Assembly (NCBI GenBank): GCA_046296715.1
Contig: JBKBIN010000029.1
Location: 1-17,458, forward strand
DNA length: 17,458 nucleotides
Reading direction: 5' to 3'
Source of the DNA: Candidatus Ratteibacteria bacterium
GTDB taxonomy: Bacteria; Ratteibacteria; UBA8468; B48-G9; JAFGKM01
Below, piece after piece: positions 15,675-17,458 of the stretch; position 1 is the stretch's first letter, and each line of letters begins with the position of its first letter. The translations under genes and the position numbers were made by a program. Below the pieces are notes generated by a model. It ran no database searches. It was given only the letters and a program-made list of their open reading frames with translations, and had not been told where the DNA came from.

Positions 15675-17237
15675 ATGAAAAAAAAATATTTTTATGTCTT
15701 TGGTTTAATCTTATTGATTTCCTGTAGTCCAAAGTATTATGAAAAATCAGTTGATAAAGAAGTTTTCCAGATAATAGACGAAAAGAAACAAAAAATTAAA
15801 AAAGATAAAATGCCTATAAACCTAAATGAAAATACTGAGAAAGAGACACTTATCTTATCTTTAAAAAACACTTTAATTTTTTCTGCAGAAAAAAACAGGG
15901 ATTATCAGACAGCAAAAGAAAATGTCTATATTTCTGTTTTGGATTTAATTTACCAAAGATATCTTTTTAGACCGAGAGCCACTTTAACAGGTAATATAAA
16001 CTGGTATAAAAATTCTGATGAGAAAATAAGTTCAAATTTAAATCTAAAAATTATTCAAACACTTTCAACAGCAGGTGAAATATCATTAAACATAGGAGAA
16101 GCAATTTTAAAGTATTTAACAGGAGATAAAGAAAAAGCATTTCAATCAATTTTGTCTTTAAATTTATTCCAGCCTCTTTTTAAAGGAACAGGAAGAAAAA
16201 TTGCTCTTGAAAATTTAATCCAAAGCGAGAGAAATGTTGTTTATCAAATAAGAGATTTTTTAAGATATCAAAAAAGTTTTTCAATTGACATCACGAAGGA
16301 CTATTTAAATCTTCTTCTTTATAAAAAAAGGATGGAAAACTATTATGCAAATTACATTAATCTTAAAACAACAAGAGAAAGGATAGAAATGCTTTCTGAT
16401 GCAGGAAGAATAGCACCATTTCAGGTTGACCAGGCAAGGCAGAATGAATATACTGCTTATCAAAGATGGATAGATGCACAAAATCTTTATTTTAGTTCTC
16501 TTGATTCTTTTAAAATTAAACTTGGGCTGTCTCCTTCCTTTAATCTTATTTTAGAGGATAAAGAAATTGAGGAACTTTTTGAAAAACCATTACCTGAAAT
16601 TAAACTTAATTTAACTGAGTATATAGATTATGCTCTCCAAAACCGTCTTGATTTAATAACAGAATATGAAAAAGTTGAGGATTCAAAAAGAAAAGTTGAA
16701 ATTGCTTTAAATAACCTGAAGAATGAGATTGATTTAAGCGTTTCTATAAAAAGTAGAGGAGATGTTAAAGCCAACCCAAATATTGATTTGAATAAACCAG
16801 AATATGATGTAGGGATAGATTTTAACATTCCTTTTAGTAAACTTCCTCAAAGAAATGAATATAAAAAGGCACTTATTCAATATGAAAGGACAAAGAGAAA
16901 CTTTGATAAGAAAATAGATATAGTTAAGAAAGAGATTATTGATAGTTATAGAAAGTTACAGGAGTCATATCAAAGTTATAATATTCAACTTACAAGTTTA
17001 AAACTTGCAGAAAAAAGAGTAGAAAGCACTGATTTATTATTACAGGCAGGAAGAGCAACAATAAGAGACCTTCTTGAAGCCCAAGAAGCATATCTATCAG
17101 CAAAAAATAATGTCATTAATTCAATTACAAGTTTTATTCTTGAATATTTGAATTTCCTTTATATAACAGAAAAACTTGAACTTGATGAAAGAGGAATATG
17201 GAAAGGAGACATAAATGAAATACTTGAAAATATTTAA
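15675..17237 (+). CDS. TolC-family outer-membrane efflux lipoprotein
   Basis: Signal peptide with lipobox LISC (Cys17). Outer-membrane efflux repeat features QPLFKG, ALQNRLDL, LAEKRVE...LLQAGRATIRDLLEAQ. Directly followed by an adaptor gene. Confidence 0.88.
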   Translation: MKKKYFYVFGLILLISCSPKYYEKSVDKEVFQIIDEKKQKIKKDKMPINLNENTEKETLILSLKNTLIFSAEKNRDYQTAKENVYISVLDLIYQRYLFRPRATLTGNINWYKNSDEKISSNLNLKIIQTLSTAGEISLNIGEAILKYLTGDKEKAFQSILSLNLFQPLFKGTGRKIALENLIQSERNVVYQIRDFLRYQKSFSIDITKDYLNLLLYKKRMENYYANYINLKTTRERIEMLSDAGRIAPFQVDQARQNEYTAYQRWIDAQNLYFSSLDSFKIKLGLSPSFNLILEDKEIEELFEKPLPEIKLNLTEYIDYALQNRLDLITEYEKVEDSKRKVEIALNNLKNEIDLSVSIKSRGDVKANPNIDLNKPEYDVGIDFNIPFSKLPQRNEYKKALIQYERTKRNFDKKIDIVKKEIIDSYRKLQESYQSYNIQLTSLKLAEKRVESTDLLLQAGRATIRDLLEAQEAYLSAKNNVINSITSFILEYLNFLYITEKLELDERGIWKGDINEILENI

Positions 17238-17458
17238 GAACAAAATTTTTTTAGGGTTTATTTTAATTCTCATCTTATTTTTTAGTTTTTCTTTTTTCAA
17301 CTCAAGAAGCAAAGAAGCAAAAAATATAGTAAGTTATATTGTGAAAAAAATTGACCTACCTATAACAATTCACGAATCTGGAAATCTTGTAGCTTTAAAG
17401 ACAACAAAAATAATTAATCAGGTTCCTGGAAGAAGGTCAATTCTTGAAGTAATAGAAG
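17215..17458 (+). CDS. Efflux periplasmic adaptor / membrane fusion protein (HlyD/MacA-like), 3' truncated; not in ORF track
   Basis: ATG 17215 after AAGGAG reads MKYLKIFKNKIFLGFILILILFFSFSFF...VKKIDLPITIHESGNLVALKTTKIINQVPGRRSILEVIE. It has an N-terminal membrane anchor followed by the MFP beta-barrel/lipoyl start, and overlaps the TolC gene end. Confidence 0.82.
   Translation, partial: MKYLKIFKNKIFLGFILILILFFSFSFFNSRSKEAKNIVSYIVKKIDLPITIHESGNLVALKTTKIINQVPGRRSILEVIE

Noticed and set aside
1043..17312. Other minus-strand ORFs in the track (e.g. 1043-1411, 2347-2538, 4155-4397, 8983-9264, 10893-11183, 14142-14462, 17121-17312)
   Set aside because: All lie opposite well-identified + strand genes. 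They are Leu/Phe/Ser-rich, as expected from the complement of A-rich coding DNA, and show no family motifs.
1..17458. CRISPR array, tRNA/rRNA, IS or prophage elements
   Set aside because: No regularly spaced repeats, cloverleaf or rRNA-like GC-rich segments, transposase or integrase ORFs were seen. Coding density leaves no room for them.

Overview
AT-rich (roughly 30% GC by eye) bacterial window with every credible gene on the + strand. Positions 1-11525 are the fused S10-spc-alpha ribosomal superoperon: rpsS tail, rplV, rpsC, rplP, rpmC, rpsQ, rplN, rplX, rplE, rpsN (zinc-binding type Z), rpsH, rplF, rplR, rpsE, rplO, secY, adk, map, infA, rpmJ, rpsM, rpsK, rpsD, rpoA, rplQ. rpmD (L30) is absent from its usual slot. 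The operon runs on without a gap into an RNA polymerase omega-like gene (rpoZ) and a PilT/PilU-family ATPase. Downstream are a small Cys-rich protein, purD, a Gfo/Idh/MocA oxidoreductase, a TolC-family outer-membrane lipoprotein and the start of an efflux periplasmic adaptor. The region is mostly housekeeping, and I see no mobile element, CRISPR array, RNA gene or clear new multi-gene system. The most notable points are these. (1) rpsE has no in-frame ATG/GTG/TTG before its conserved core, but has an ATT placed 5 nt after a perfect AAGGAGGT. (2) rpoZ and pilT are appended to the alpha operon. (3) A near-consensus internal promoter lies between rplP and rpmC. (4) L36, S4, S13, L6 and L18 carry unusual indels. 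A diderm, possibly PVC-group (Omnitrophota/Ratteibacteria-like) origin is an inference only.
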